Program-made: the position numbers and the translations under genes | NCBI RefSeq assembly: GCF_035084215.1 | Contig: NC_090346.1 | Span: 4,464,001 to 4,528,000, forward strand | DNA: 64,000 nucleotides | Direction of reading: 5' to 3' | DNA from: Heptranchias perlo | Taxonomy: Eukaryota | Part shown: positions 36,770 to 48,891 of the stretch, one piece after another | Layout: the number at the start of each line of letters is the position of its first letter | Numbering within the stretch: the stretch's first letter is position 1 | The notes under the pieces: generated by a model | What the model was told of the DNA's origin: nothing | Database searches by the model: none | What the model saw: the letters and a program-made list of their open reading frames with translations, nothing else

Positions 36770-38670
36770 ACAACTTATCTTTTGACCAAGCTTTCAATCA
36801 CCCTTCCTAATCCCTGCCCTGTGGCTTTGTATCCCTTCCGTATACCTATTTTTAAATATATTTTTTCTCTCTATAAAGCACCTTGGGATACACCTTCCTA
36901 AGACTAAAAGGCAGAGTTCAGCACTGAATTATGAATCATAATTAATCTTTTACTCTTTTACTCAATCTTTTACTCAACAGACCACCAAAATCATCGGGGA
37001 TGAACCAGGTGGTAGTGATATTAACAATACCACAACCATCCTTTTCCTGAGTTCTTTTGCTTTTATTTTATTGTTGCTGCTTTAATTTTATTTTGTATTA
37101 CTGTATCTCCATTTGTGTCCTTTCCAGTCTCTCTCTTCCAACGTATTGACATTTCTGGCTTACCACTTTTCCATACACAACCGGCCAGGGACTGACAGTA
37201 TTTTTGAACCTCCAGGTGGTTTCAAAAAGTGGCCCAAACATATAAGCCTTTAACTGGTGTCATTTCACGATGTACATGTCTAATTTCTTTTACACAGCAT
37301 TCAGTATTAGTAAAAACTGAACTGTCCTCAGAAAAGTTCGCCCAGCACTGAGCTGTGGATTGCATTGTCTCTGAGCAAAACTTTAATGTAGAGTGATTGT
37401 GGATCTCAGACAAAGCTTTATCTAAGGATATTGGACACCATCAAAATGACATTGGCTATATCTGTGTAGAAAATACATATGCAATACTTAGTGCTTAAAC
37501 TCCAGATACAGCATGTTAGTGTCATGCAATTAATTTTTACACAGTTTTGCATTGTCTGAACTATTCAGCTCAGGCATCAATGGAAAGTTATGGCTATGTT
37601 TCAATCAGTGAATAAGTTGCTTTAAATACAAAGAAATTGACAATTAACCTGATTTGCATACATTCTATTTGTGTATAGGATTAATAAATCCAGAATTGGT
37701 TTCCAATCTCCTACATAAACCTACTGGAATTAGAAACTGCAGATTTAATCTATCCCTATTTTGTAACTGTGTGAGACGACACTGTTCCGAAGGTGTATGT
37801 GTGGCAGTGTGAGGGGTGGGGGGAGGAGATATAATTTTATATTCCTCAAAAAGAAGATAGGCAAAATGAGGGGGCTGGAGCTTTGGGACTCGTTGCTGTG
37901 AGTTCTAGAAATCGATCCTTAACTCCAATACCTCAGATTGTGTACAGCTCACAGATTACTATAGCACACTTTGTATTCAGTCATAAAATATTGTTAGAGA
38001 GCAACAAATGTAAATGTGTAAATAAATACAGACAAACGTACATAACTGATTCTCTAAGGACAAATGATTTTTCCTTACTCTTCTGTGAGCTCATTAATAC
38101 AACTCCAAGCAGCTTTAAAGCCACCATAAATTCTAATAAACATTTAAATCAAAATCAATGAATAGAATATAATAAATTTAAACAGAAACTCAATCCTGTT
38201 GTAAAAATGTTTCATTTGATTAGTAATTCTCTGCCTGGAGCTGTGTTGTAGAGAAATCCAGCTGGTAACATCCCATACTTTTCAATGCATGGGTGGTGAC
38301 ATTTTGACTTCTTTCAACTGATTTAATTGGTGGGTAGTGAAAATGGACACCAGGTGGGACATATTAACTAGCGTACTGGGTTGCAAAATACTTTTGCAGT
38401 CTGGTGCACTGCATAATGTGTCCCACCTGGGATCATGTCAATAGGAAAACCTGCTTGTACTGAAGTCAATAGGCAAACAAAAGAATAGCAAAACGTCAGC
38501 ACTCATTGAAAACTGCAACATTTTAATATGTTTGAGAACTGCAGTAAATCTATCCAAAGAGAGCCCCCACTCCCCTCACCTCCTCCATTACAGTACTACC
38601 CTATACTAAGTATTTTTGCATGGAACAGGTTAACAGATCTGTCTTACCCAGGAGAGATACACAAGACTGA

Positions 38671-41147
38671 GGCCCTGATATTACCAGGGAGGCAGGATGG
38701 CAGCTGGGGGGGGGGGTCGACTGGGCGCGTGGGTAACCTGCCCAGTGAAATCGGTCCGTTCCCCACGCGATCGCGGGTAAATTGAAGGCACTTACCGTGA
38801 CTTCCGGGTTTCCCGTTGTCAACCTGCCCAGCGGGCGGACTGCGCATCGGCATCACAGGCTGTCAGCTGGAGGAGTCCTATTTAAAGGGGCAGTCCTCCA
38901 ATGCTGCTCCTGGAGCAACCAACCAAAAGTGCAGCATGGAGCAGACCAGGGGAAAGGCTGCTCCCAGATTTAACGATGCCTCACTCCAGGTCCTACTGGA
39001 TGGGGTGAGGAGGAGGAGGAGGAGGGAGATTTTCTACCCAGCGGACGGGAGGAAGTGGCCTGCCTCTGCCATCAAGAAAGCCTGGCTCGAGGTGGCAGAG
39101 GAGGTCAGCAGCAGCAGCAACATCTCCCGCACCTGGATACAATGCAGGAAGTGCTTCAATGACCTAACTAGGTCAGCCAAAGTGAGTACACTTCCTCATT
39201 CTCCTACACTCCGTCTTCCACATCACCGCCCCCACCCCACAACTCCTTCTGCACTGCCAACACTCCTCTATCACATCACTCCTCACACCCATTCAAACCT
39301 CATCCTCCACTTACCTGCACTTACTCACCTCCCCAGTACTCATCCCACCACTACCACTCAACCCATCCTCACTTAGTTGGGGTCGCACATGGTGAGTCAC
39401 CACACACGTGCCACGAGCAGACACTGGTGGCAGGGGCAGCTGTGGAGAGTCCGCTCCGGTGGGAGCACTCCTCTCCAGGCTCTGCTCAGCTGGACACAGA
39501 TGCTGAACCCTGGGGGCCATCCTTTAAAAGGAGAACGATTGAGGGGCAGCAGCACATTTGTGAGGTGCTGGATCAGGTGCCACGCGCACTCTCCACAATA
39601 GTACAGAGGATGGAGGAGTCCAACTCCTGCATGAGTAGAATGGTGGCACAGGTACAGGACGGAATCTCTGAGGTAATGTCACAGGGACGTGAGGGCACCT
39701 CTGAGATAGTGTCGCGAGTAAGTACGGGAATGTCTGCGATGGAGGGAAGGCTAGCCTCCATCGAGCTTCAAGCACGGCTCAACAATGAGTCTGTTGAGGC
39801 CCTGACAATGGCCCTTTGGACTCAGGGTGAACAACTTTCCGCCGCCTTTATCAGGCGGGCAGATACACTAGCACTGGCCTTACAAGGCTTCACATATGTC
39901 CTCCAAACTGTCATCCAGCAGGGTGGTAGGAGTGATGTGGGCCTGGCCCAGGAGAGGGATGATGGCGAAAGGGGACATGGAAGTGGGGACGCCACTCAAA
40001 GCGCTCCCACGTCTCACCCGTTGCTCCCCTCTCAACCAGTACCCGCAATGCTGCCTCCCCTCCAGGTGGCCGAGTCTGCCCCTGCACAGGTGCAAGTGGA
40101 GCAGTCTTTGGAAGGGCCCTCACGGGCACCGAAACCCAGAGGGCGTCGGCCCAAAGCATCTAATCGGTCAGGGCATGAACAAGAACAACCTGCCACTACC
40201 TCTGCTGCAGCCACAGGGGAAGCACCACGTAGGAGTACTCGTAAGCATAAGGCGAAGGTTTTGTGAGCACAAAGGGGATGCACAAGGGTGTTTGACAGTT
40301 TGTCATGTTTTTTATTTATATTTGATTTTTGTTAATGGCACATTAAATATTATTATTGTCACCACTACTGCCACATCTTGGCCATTCTTGACTGGCTTGT
40401 GTAAGAAGTCCCTTTCATGAGGTTCTCCATGAACACCCACACTTGATGCCACCCTACAGTTGGTGTAAGTGTAGTTGCACGACTATTTTGTGCAGGTGCC
40501 TGTGGCGCAGCACTGTGTTATGGAGCTCCACGTGGCAGAGGGGGACGGCGTGCCTGGCGAGGCTGGTGATGTTGCTCATCCTCGGATGAAGTGATGAATG
40601 CAGCCATGGCACCCCCCCCCATCCTGACGGTGTGAGTTTGAGGGGGTCCGCAAAGTAGGTAAATGTGTTTGCACAGTAGAGTTTAGGGTATAAATTAATA
40701 ATTTTGAGTGGAAAGACAAAGGTGTTGCAGCCAAAACATTGTCTGAAGTGACAGAGTGCCCTGCTGCAATAAATGACGTTTTCCCCCACCTGTCAAAGAA
40801 TCCTTTGCATCTCCCACTGGCTGCTGGCTGAAACACGTCTGCTCCAACAGGGAGTGTTTCCCACAGCACGGGAAATACGCTGAGGATCCTTCAAAATTGC
40901 ACCCCTGCCAAAATCTCCAGTCAATGAGGTCTGTCAAGTAACCCAACTACCTAAATAACAATGTAAATTATCATCCCGCCGTCTTTAATTGCCGGTGGGA
41001 GTGCGGTATGCGGGAGATGCGCGCGCACCCAATCACATCATTGGGGAACCCGGAAGTGAGCGGGTTGGAGCCGCGCTCCGGGATTCCGCCATTTTAGGAG
41101 ACCCCCCGTCCCCAACGCATCTGCTCGGCCATCCGAAAATCGGCCCC
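38671..41147 (+). mobile_element. Non-autonomous Harbinger-like element, copy 2: Myb/SANT gene (exon 38936-39181; C-terminal frame 39427-40266) and a probable transposase 5' remnant on the minus strand
   Basis: Termini GGCCCTGATATT / AAAATCGGCCCC, flanking TGA/TGA; TATTTAAA at 38879; MEQTRGKAAPRFNDASLQVLLDGV...KKAWLEVAEEV...RTWIQCRKCFNDL then a GTGAGT donor; 279-aa helical/low-complexity frame ending RRSTRKHKAKVL*. Confidence 0.85.
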
Positions 41148-41847
41148 TGAATCTCTCCACAACTCAGCTGCACAGAGCTCAGAACTGGGTTGAGGATTCT
41201 GCTAGTGACTAAACTATGCAAATCCATAACTTTCCTTTAAAAATGTTGAGCTCTCTAATCAAATTATAAAGCAGAAGCACAAGGAAATCAAAGTCCAATT
41301 AGTGTTTCCATTTTAAACGCTGGACGAAATGTTTCAGAAGTAAATTCACTAAATAATTGTTACTCGCATAAACGCTTAGAAACAGTTAATGCAGTCAATA
41401 ACCTGTATTAGAATAGCATCAGAGTACATCCAACAGAATGTTCTAGTAGTATTGATCAACAGTATTTTTTTAAAGTGGAGACAACTTATGAAGATTCAAT
41501 TCCCATGTAACTTTCTGCAGAAGTGACCATCAACTGAAAGCAACAATGTAGAATAGTATTAAATTCATTATAGAAATGATATTGTGCAACTGTATTTCAA
41601 TTACAGGGAGTGATGCATGGGGATAGATATAATAACAGAATAATGGTGCAGAAAGCAGACTTTTTGTTTATTTTTTTTAACACCAATTTTCTTCCCTCCT
41701 TTCCTCTTCTTCTGAAGGCATTGACTTCATGCTAGGAGATGGCTCCCTCGGTGCCATCCAGTGCCTTGCCCAAGTGGTCATTGTTGATGAGTGACCTAAG
41801 ACAATGATTGTGGGGGGAACTGCTATCAACCCTGTTTCAGTTTTCAA

Positions 41848-42510
41848 TTGACCCAGCATCCACAGCCTTTTGGGGGAGCGAGTTCCAGATTTCCACTATC
41901 CGTTGTGTGAAAACATTGCTTCCTGATTTCACTCCTAAATGGCCTAGCTCTAATTTTAAGATTATGCCTTCTTGTTCTGGATTTCCCCACCAGAGGAAAT
42001 AGTTTCTCTGCATCTACCCTTTAACATTTTAAACATCTCAATTGGATCACCCCTCAAGGCATTAAAAGCCACATTTATGCAATCTGTCTTCATAATTTAA
42101 CCTTTTAAGCCCTGGTATCATTCTGGTAGATATGCACTGTACCCCCTCCAAGACCAATAATTCCTTCCTGAGATGCAATTCCCAAAACTGACTGCATTAC
42201 TCCAGATGGGGTCTGACCAAGACTCTGTATAACTGAAGCATCATTTCCTCACTTTTGTATTCCAACCCCTTTAAGATAAAGGCCAACATTCCATTAGCCT
42301 TTTTGATTACTTTTTGTACCTTTTAAGGCAGAGACTGTATCAACATTCAAGATTAGATTGGATAGGTGGATGAAGGAAAAGGTTTTGAAGGGATATAGGA
42401 GCTGGGTGGGTAAATATGATTAGAATTATTTGCTCATGTGGACAGTAAACACTGATACAGACAGGTTGGGCGGAATGGACTGTTTCTTCTATGTTGTAAC
42501 TTCTATGTAT
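41848..42510. mobile_element. CR1 3' fragments (minus 41848-42320, plus 42320-42510)
   Basis: Minus strand LYRVLVRPHLE and RTRRHNLKI remnants; plus strand carries a CR1-like tail. Confidence 0.65.
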
Positions 42511-42570
42511 CTAACCAGCTTTCATATGGAAGCTGTACAATACGTATACAGGAGAGGAGTCAAAAAGCAT

Positions 42571-43236
42571 GGGCATGATTTTAAATGGGAAAAACGGGTG
42601 GGTTATGGGAAGGGGTGGGGAGCAGTAAAAATTTTAAAAATCGAAAACCCGCCCCAACTTGCCTCCACCCACTTCCGGTTTTCATGAAGGCAGATTTTTT
42701 GTTTTTAACTCCTGGAGTCTAGGATTCCTGGGCCTGCTGCTTCACGCCATGTGAGAGGAAGCGAGAAGGCCCGAAACTGCAGGTGAGTTTCTTTATAGCG
42801 TGGCTTGTGGGCCTGGAGGAGCAGGAGTGCTTCCCCCAGGCCCAACAAGTTTACCTGCAGTGACTCTACAAACACGATCAACCCCATCCCCCCACCACGA
42901 TCTCCAACTCCCCCCCACAGTCTCCGACCCCAGCAATGACCCCCGACCCCCCCCGGTGACTGAGCCTCCTGATGACTGACCCCCCCCCCCGATGACTGAC
43001 TCCCCCGATGACTGACCCCCAACCCCACCCCCCGGTCTAACACTTACCTGTTCACATCCTCTTCCTTCCTCTTCCATCCGACTGAGGCCAACCTGTCAAT
43101 CAAAAAAAAAATTAAAAGATGTCCTTATGTCAAAATCCGGTTGGGAAATCCGTACTTCCATGATTCCCAACAGGAACTCCACCAACCCCCCCACCCCCCC
43201 CCCCCCACCTGCTGCACCCCCGATAAAATCATGCCC
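42571..43236. mobile_element. MITE (Harbinger-like)
   Basis: Perfect 13-bp TIR GGGCATGATTTTA / TAAAATCATGCCC; internal GACTGAC(C)n micro-repeats. Confidence 0.8.
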
Positions 43237-43834
43237 AATATGTCCACTTTAAATTTCGGTATAATAGGGAATTGTTATGGGAGCAAGACAAATACCAATT
43301 GTCTGGTCACCGTTTGCCTGCTGTGAACAGTGCATGTTTCAATCAGTTTCTGGACCAGGATGGACAACATTTGCTGCTGGAATCTGGAGTGGGAGAGGCA
43401 ACAGAGCTGGTACAATTGGCTGATGACTTTTACAATAAGTTTCTGAGTTGATACAAATGTACCATACTCTTTCTCCTGCTCCTGCAACACTTTTCCATTA
43501 ACTCAGAAGCACAATGGAAAAACCAACTGTACCAGAACTGCTGCCTCTCCCGCTGCCAATTCTGGCAGCTGCGTTCTCCTCCATCTGCCCCACAATTCTA
43601 GCAGCTCTGTCCTTCCCCCAATTCTGCCAGCTATCTTCCACCTTCCCCCTGCAGATTGTGCATGCTTCTCTTCACCTCCCCCCCCCAACCCTCTCACCCC
43701 AGCTCATAATTCTGACAACCTTCTTTCACCTCCTTCCTGATTTAAAAAATAAATCATTCTCAGAATATTGCTTATCCCCAGATTCTGGCCTCATTGTGGG
43801 GGCACTTGTACCCCCACCCCACTCATTATGCTGC

Positions 43835-44240
43835 AGGTGGCTGGCTGTGGCCTGGCTGGTTAAGAACTGGTAGCTGGTCACTAATGGTTGGCTGCAGACT
43901 GGCTGGTGGTGGTGTACAGCGGCTTGACTGAGGCTAAGCTGGCAGTTCTAGAGGCTAACTACACGTGATGGGTAGTTTTTAGTGACTGGCTACTACTGAT
44001 GGATGGATGTGTTCTAGTGGCTGACTGCTGGTGAATGTTGGCTGGCTTCTAATAGTGGCTGCCTGCTGGTAGTAGCTAGCTGGCTGGCTGTAGCTGGCTC
44101 TGGTGGATGGGTAGCTTCTGGTGGCTAGCTGCTAGTTATAAATGGGTGGCATGCTGGTTGGCATCTGGTGACTAAATGCAGGTGGTGGTTTGGCTGACTT
44201 GGTTATGGCCGGTGGGCTGACTGCAAGCTGGCGTCAGCTA
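43835..44240. repeat. Degenerate GGCTG/GGTG low-complexity tract
   Basis: Repeated GGCTGGCTG, GCTGGTGG and TAGTGGCTG words over about 400 bp. Confidence 0.6.
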
Positions 44241-44399
44241 TTCAGTTTAAACTCACTGAGCTGTAGTTTTGCACATCATGTAATATCATAAGGTATTTTT
44301 TAAAATAGTGGAGTAATGGTGGGGATCACAGCAGCACAGTGGGTCCGAGGATTTTCAGCCCTCTTGTGTCAATATAGTGCCTCATCATACAAATGTAGA

Positions 44400-44895
44400 A
44401 ATTAACAGTACAGAAGGAGGCCATTGGCCCATCGTGTCTGTGCCTGCTCTTTGCTAGACCATTCCAAAACTCATCCCGTTGCCTTGTGCTCTCCCCATTG
44501 TATCTCCCTGCATCTTCCTATGCTTCAAATATTTATCCAATTTTCCTTTAAAAGATCCAATGCTGTCCCTCAACCACTCTCTCATCACCAAATTTCAAGA
44601 CTGTGCTCCCTATGCCCAAGTGCAAAGTATCTATATATACCTTAAGTCTAGGGTCCATCACTTCCAACCCATCTCCAAACTGAGCAATTCCCATATACCC
44701 TAACTCCTGTTTCCTATCCATCAACCAATTTTCTATCCATGCTGTTAAATCTCCTCTTCTACAATGTGCCTGATTTTTTTTTTAACAAGCCTCTTGTGAG
44801 ACTCTCATCAAATGCCTTCTAAAGATCCATATATACTGCACCTACCTTTATCTATCCAATTGGTTACCTCAAAAAACTCTATTAAATTTATCACT
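44400..44895 (-). mobile_element. Decayed CR1 fragments
   Basis: CR1 tail (ACAGAAGGAGGCCATT) and a minus-strand YMDL.KAFD remnant. Confidence 0.55.
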
Positions 44896-45813
44896 TCCAC
44901 AAGGCAGCTCACAGCACTTCACATGCAATGAATTATTTTTTTGCAGTGTAGTCACTGTTATGTAGGCAATTACACTCACGGTGGAACTTTACAAGTAATT
45001 CCCAGCATTTCTCTTGCTTTATTTCACCAGGAGAGCTATCTTAGCATTCACAACATAAACACAGGCCCTATAGTTTTGATGGAGGCATTTACTACCATTA
45101 TCAGTACTCAGATAATCCTGCCTCCATAGCTATCTCTTACTTTCTCTTGTTCCAGCAAGACAAGGAAAGAGAAATCAATCACAAATGTCAACACCTGGTT
45201 CAAGTTCAGGTGTGAATATAGAAAGAGAAATGTAATAAAAGGTTGCTAGAAAAGAGCTATATGGAGGAATAGAGAGATATATGAAGCACTATTTATATAG
45301 TGCCTTTAACGTTTCACTACTTTAAAGGCGCTGTATAAATGCAAGTTGTTGCTGAAAAGGATGAAAAACGTATAAATACTACGTGGCCATCCTCCGTGGC
45401 TCATGTGATAAATGCATTGTGCGTGTTCTTTAGCACAACTATGCCTCGGGTACGTGGCCTGACGTAGAATGTGTTCACTGCTGACACCCATGGTGACAAT
45501 TCAGGAATTGCTTTACGGTTGTAAGGATCCTTCATGAAATGAATTTCTGAAGTTCGTAGTGAACAAGGCCTCACAGTGCAAAACTTCTAGCTGCTAAACT
45601 GAAAAAGAAATTGGCCCTCTCACATAAAGAGAGTAATGGATGGCTGGTGTGGTAAAAGGAAATGTTGCACTGGTGCAGTACTGGTTCTGTATTAATGTTG
45701 GGGCTAAAGTACACATGTGAGACAGAGCAGGAGGAGTTTTACTCAGCAGCTGGCTGCACCATTACCTAACCTGGGAGCACTTGATGCTGGCTTTGGGTGC
45801 CCGAAATGAGAAC

Positions 45814-45984
45814 GGGGCTGATCTTCACTTACAGCGGTGGCGGAAAACTGGCCGTAGCGGATCGGCCATCCATTCCACACCCGGCCTGATTCCTTTTCAT
45901 TGAAGTTAATGGGGCGGGGTCTAGAACGGGCAGCTGATCAGCTACCACCAGTTTTACACCACCGCCAGAAGTGAAAATTACCCC
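45814..45984. mobile_element. Small fold-back MITE
   Basis: Long imperfect inverted arms GGGGCTGATCTTCACTTACAGCGGTGGCGGAAAACTGG / CCAGTTTTACACCACCGCCAGAAGTGAAAATTACCCC. Confidence 0.7.
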
Positions 45985-48891
45985 AAAAGCATTTGTTTCA
46001 TGAGCACTAATATCCTTTATGTCGATAAGCTAAAGTTTGGTGATGAATCAGTGTAATTGCACATATATCTGGGTTCAGTCAACAGTTTAAAGATCTGATC
46101 TTTTCGATTATGCAAATGCCTTGTAATTCACCAAATGCCATTTACTGTAGAGTTAAAGAGAAAACTATGAATCCTAGCACAACTTATTAATGTTTCACTA
46201 CAGTGTGATATTTTATTAGAAAATTACAGCAGACATTTGTCCACATTTTTTGCAATGGAAAATATGCAAAGAAAGTTCTGCAAATAATGCTTCTGAACCT
46301 AAAAGTTCAAGTTGACATTTGTTTGGTGGTTAGTGCGAACACTCTGCTGATTGTTCCTCAAACAGTGTAATGTGGTTCCCAGTTAAAAGAGTCAGATAGT
46401 TGAGGGAGCAGAAAGGTCAGAAGAATATCAGATCATTTAATCCCACCTGCAGTTCTAATGCTGGTTCAATTAGTCTGAGAACAGAAAACATTAGGCCTTT
46501 GATGTGGTAATGAAGTGTGAAGAAAACATCTGTTTTACTGAATGATATTCCAGTTTTGCTGATAGAAATCAAACAATACAGCTGTTGTTGGAAGTATCCA
46601 TCATGAATCTTTATTGCTTAACTCAGGTCACAGTGTGGGCTTTGATACATTTAAAACAAGGTTAGAATGAACTTTAAACTTTTATGTTGAACAATTAGTG
46701 CGTTAGTGATTTTTTGACTCCTCATTTATTGACATTTTTGATGCTCAACACAATCCACAATTTACCCATTTTCTTTGGACAAAATAACAATTTCAGACAC
46801 CCATCAAGAAGTCAAACATATGAAGTTCATCTGCTACTTGAGAGACTGATTTCTCAGACCAAGAAATAGTTGGACCTTCAATTGGCCTATATGTGCTGTG
46901 GTTGGTATATTGATCTGTGTGCTGTCCCATGGGTTTGATGGAAGGTTGTCCTAGTAGGGAGAACCTTGGGAAATGAAGTCTGTGTCAATGTTTCTCTGCA
47001 GATTTATCTGGGGAAATTGAGTCAATTTACATCAATTTTGAGCAAAAATTAAGTTTACCAGGTTCACTTCAGATTGATTCTAGAATACATTAGGAGACCA
47101 GTGATGAAACTATAACATCTAAAGACATATCTACGAACTTTCATGGATTTAGCCCGAGGTTCAGAGTTTCCTTTGGGTAAGGTACAAGAATTTTAGAGAA
47201 ATCACAAGTCTTGATGGACAAGAATGTAAAAAATAAGCTGATTATAGACAGGCAGAGTGAGAGCTTTGGCTAAATGACCCACAGTCTGCATGCATTTGAT
47301 TGAGCAAAACATGACAACCTTTCTCACTCTGCTGATGCCTATACATTACTTGCCCACACAAGCATTGTCCCACATAATCACACAGTGAACAGAACATAAA
47401 TGTTCCCAAGTGTGACTGTGAACAGGAATGCTGCAAACACCATATTCATAGGAAAACTGATCCCCTTTCCTCACAAAGGTCATCTCTGATTGTCCCTTGC
47501 CCGATTGCTCCATTTTCAAAGGCCACTCTTTCAACCATTATGCCCCTACCCTCACATTCTTTTCTAAACCACTTTGTTACCTCTTGCCTCTTAAAAGATT
47601 CCTAAAAGCCTAGAGGGCAGGTTTATCTGCTTCTTCCCCCTCCATCCTGGCAGTGGGCAGGGATATGCTGCTCCTGGCCAGCCCCAGAATCATTGGGATT
47701 TCCTTCCCTGGGCCATTTAATGGCACCTTTTGGCTGCTGATCTCTATCGGCAGCTAGAAGATCCCAACTGACTGAATCATCCTGTGGTGGGGATGGGATG
47801 TGGTGAAGAACAAAGACTTTGGCTTGTGCCCAGGATCCCATGAACCCGCCAGAAGGCAGAGGTCTGGAGGCAGGCCACATTGCCATGTTTTCCTGATATC
47901 CCTGCACTGGGACGCCCAGTCGATGTTCCATCAGAAACAGGAAAATGCCTCCAACTGGCTTATTCCTACTGTAGGCACAGGACAAGCTTCCCCCTGCCAA
48001 CCTCCCCCTTCTTCCCCTCTCTGCTGCCTCCCAGGAAAGGCCCAAAAGTCCTGGGGCAATATTAAAGGAGTGAAGACCCAGCAATCCAGGTCTGGGCTCT
48101 TCCTCAAGGGCGAGGGAGGGTCTCTTTGACCTTACCTTCAGTTTCCCTCTTCACTAAATTCATTATTTCTTAATGTCTAAATCTCCCCATGTAAAGTGCT
48201 CTGAGACTTTTTTTAAACGTAGGCAGAGCTATATAAATTATTGTCTGCAGAGGCCAATAACTGATCAGAAATTCCTTCATCTCTGAAGTACAGGGTGCAT
48301 TTGTTCCTCTCTTAAAAATAAAATTGTATTAGATTGATCTTTACTATTAATGTGTCATTACAGTGCTCTAGAGTGTGCACCAATTAATATTACAAAATCA
48401 ACTTGCATCTGGATGATATTAAAGGGTGTTAGATAGATAATAACTTCATCCATCTTCATTCATCTTCACATCAGTCCCAAAAGAATTCTTATTCACAATG
48501 GTAAACATTATTTTTGTTGCTTCCTCTTAATACACATTAAGAATTATAACATGGAATGGCATGGGAGTAATTTAAGGATTTTACACAATAAAATTAAATA
48601 AAAATAGCTGTTAGAAACATATTATTTCACACTTAATTAATGAGCAGTGAATGATTTGAAAACCAGCTTTCACTAAATTTCTTGGTCTTGTTAGATGAGC
48701 CTCACTAGTTCAATGCAATGGTGAGGTGTTCCAATCCATGGGGCAGGAGGAACTATTAGAATAGTTCAGAAGGAAAATAGCATTTCTTCTTGGCTGATTA
48801 TAGAACACTAATTATGGTGGAAAGTCTGTGGTCCAGGCCATTTCATTTTCCAACCTAATACTGAATCTGTTCCTGTGGGAGATAGTAATTC

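Larger units (their letters stand above)
36245..36895 (+). mobile_element. L2-clade LINE 3' fragment (interrupted by a Penelope-like insert)
   Basis: SNALFAGL, KLQNSAAHILSR, ADLH, IKFKVCILTFKSFHSLAP: typical L2 C-terminal region. Confidence 0.7.

Noticed and set aside
39427-40266. 279-aa ORF as an independent host gene
   Set aside because: It lies inside the Harbinger-like termini and its last codons are shared with copy 1, so it is part of the element's Myb/SANT gene.
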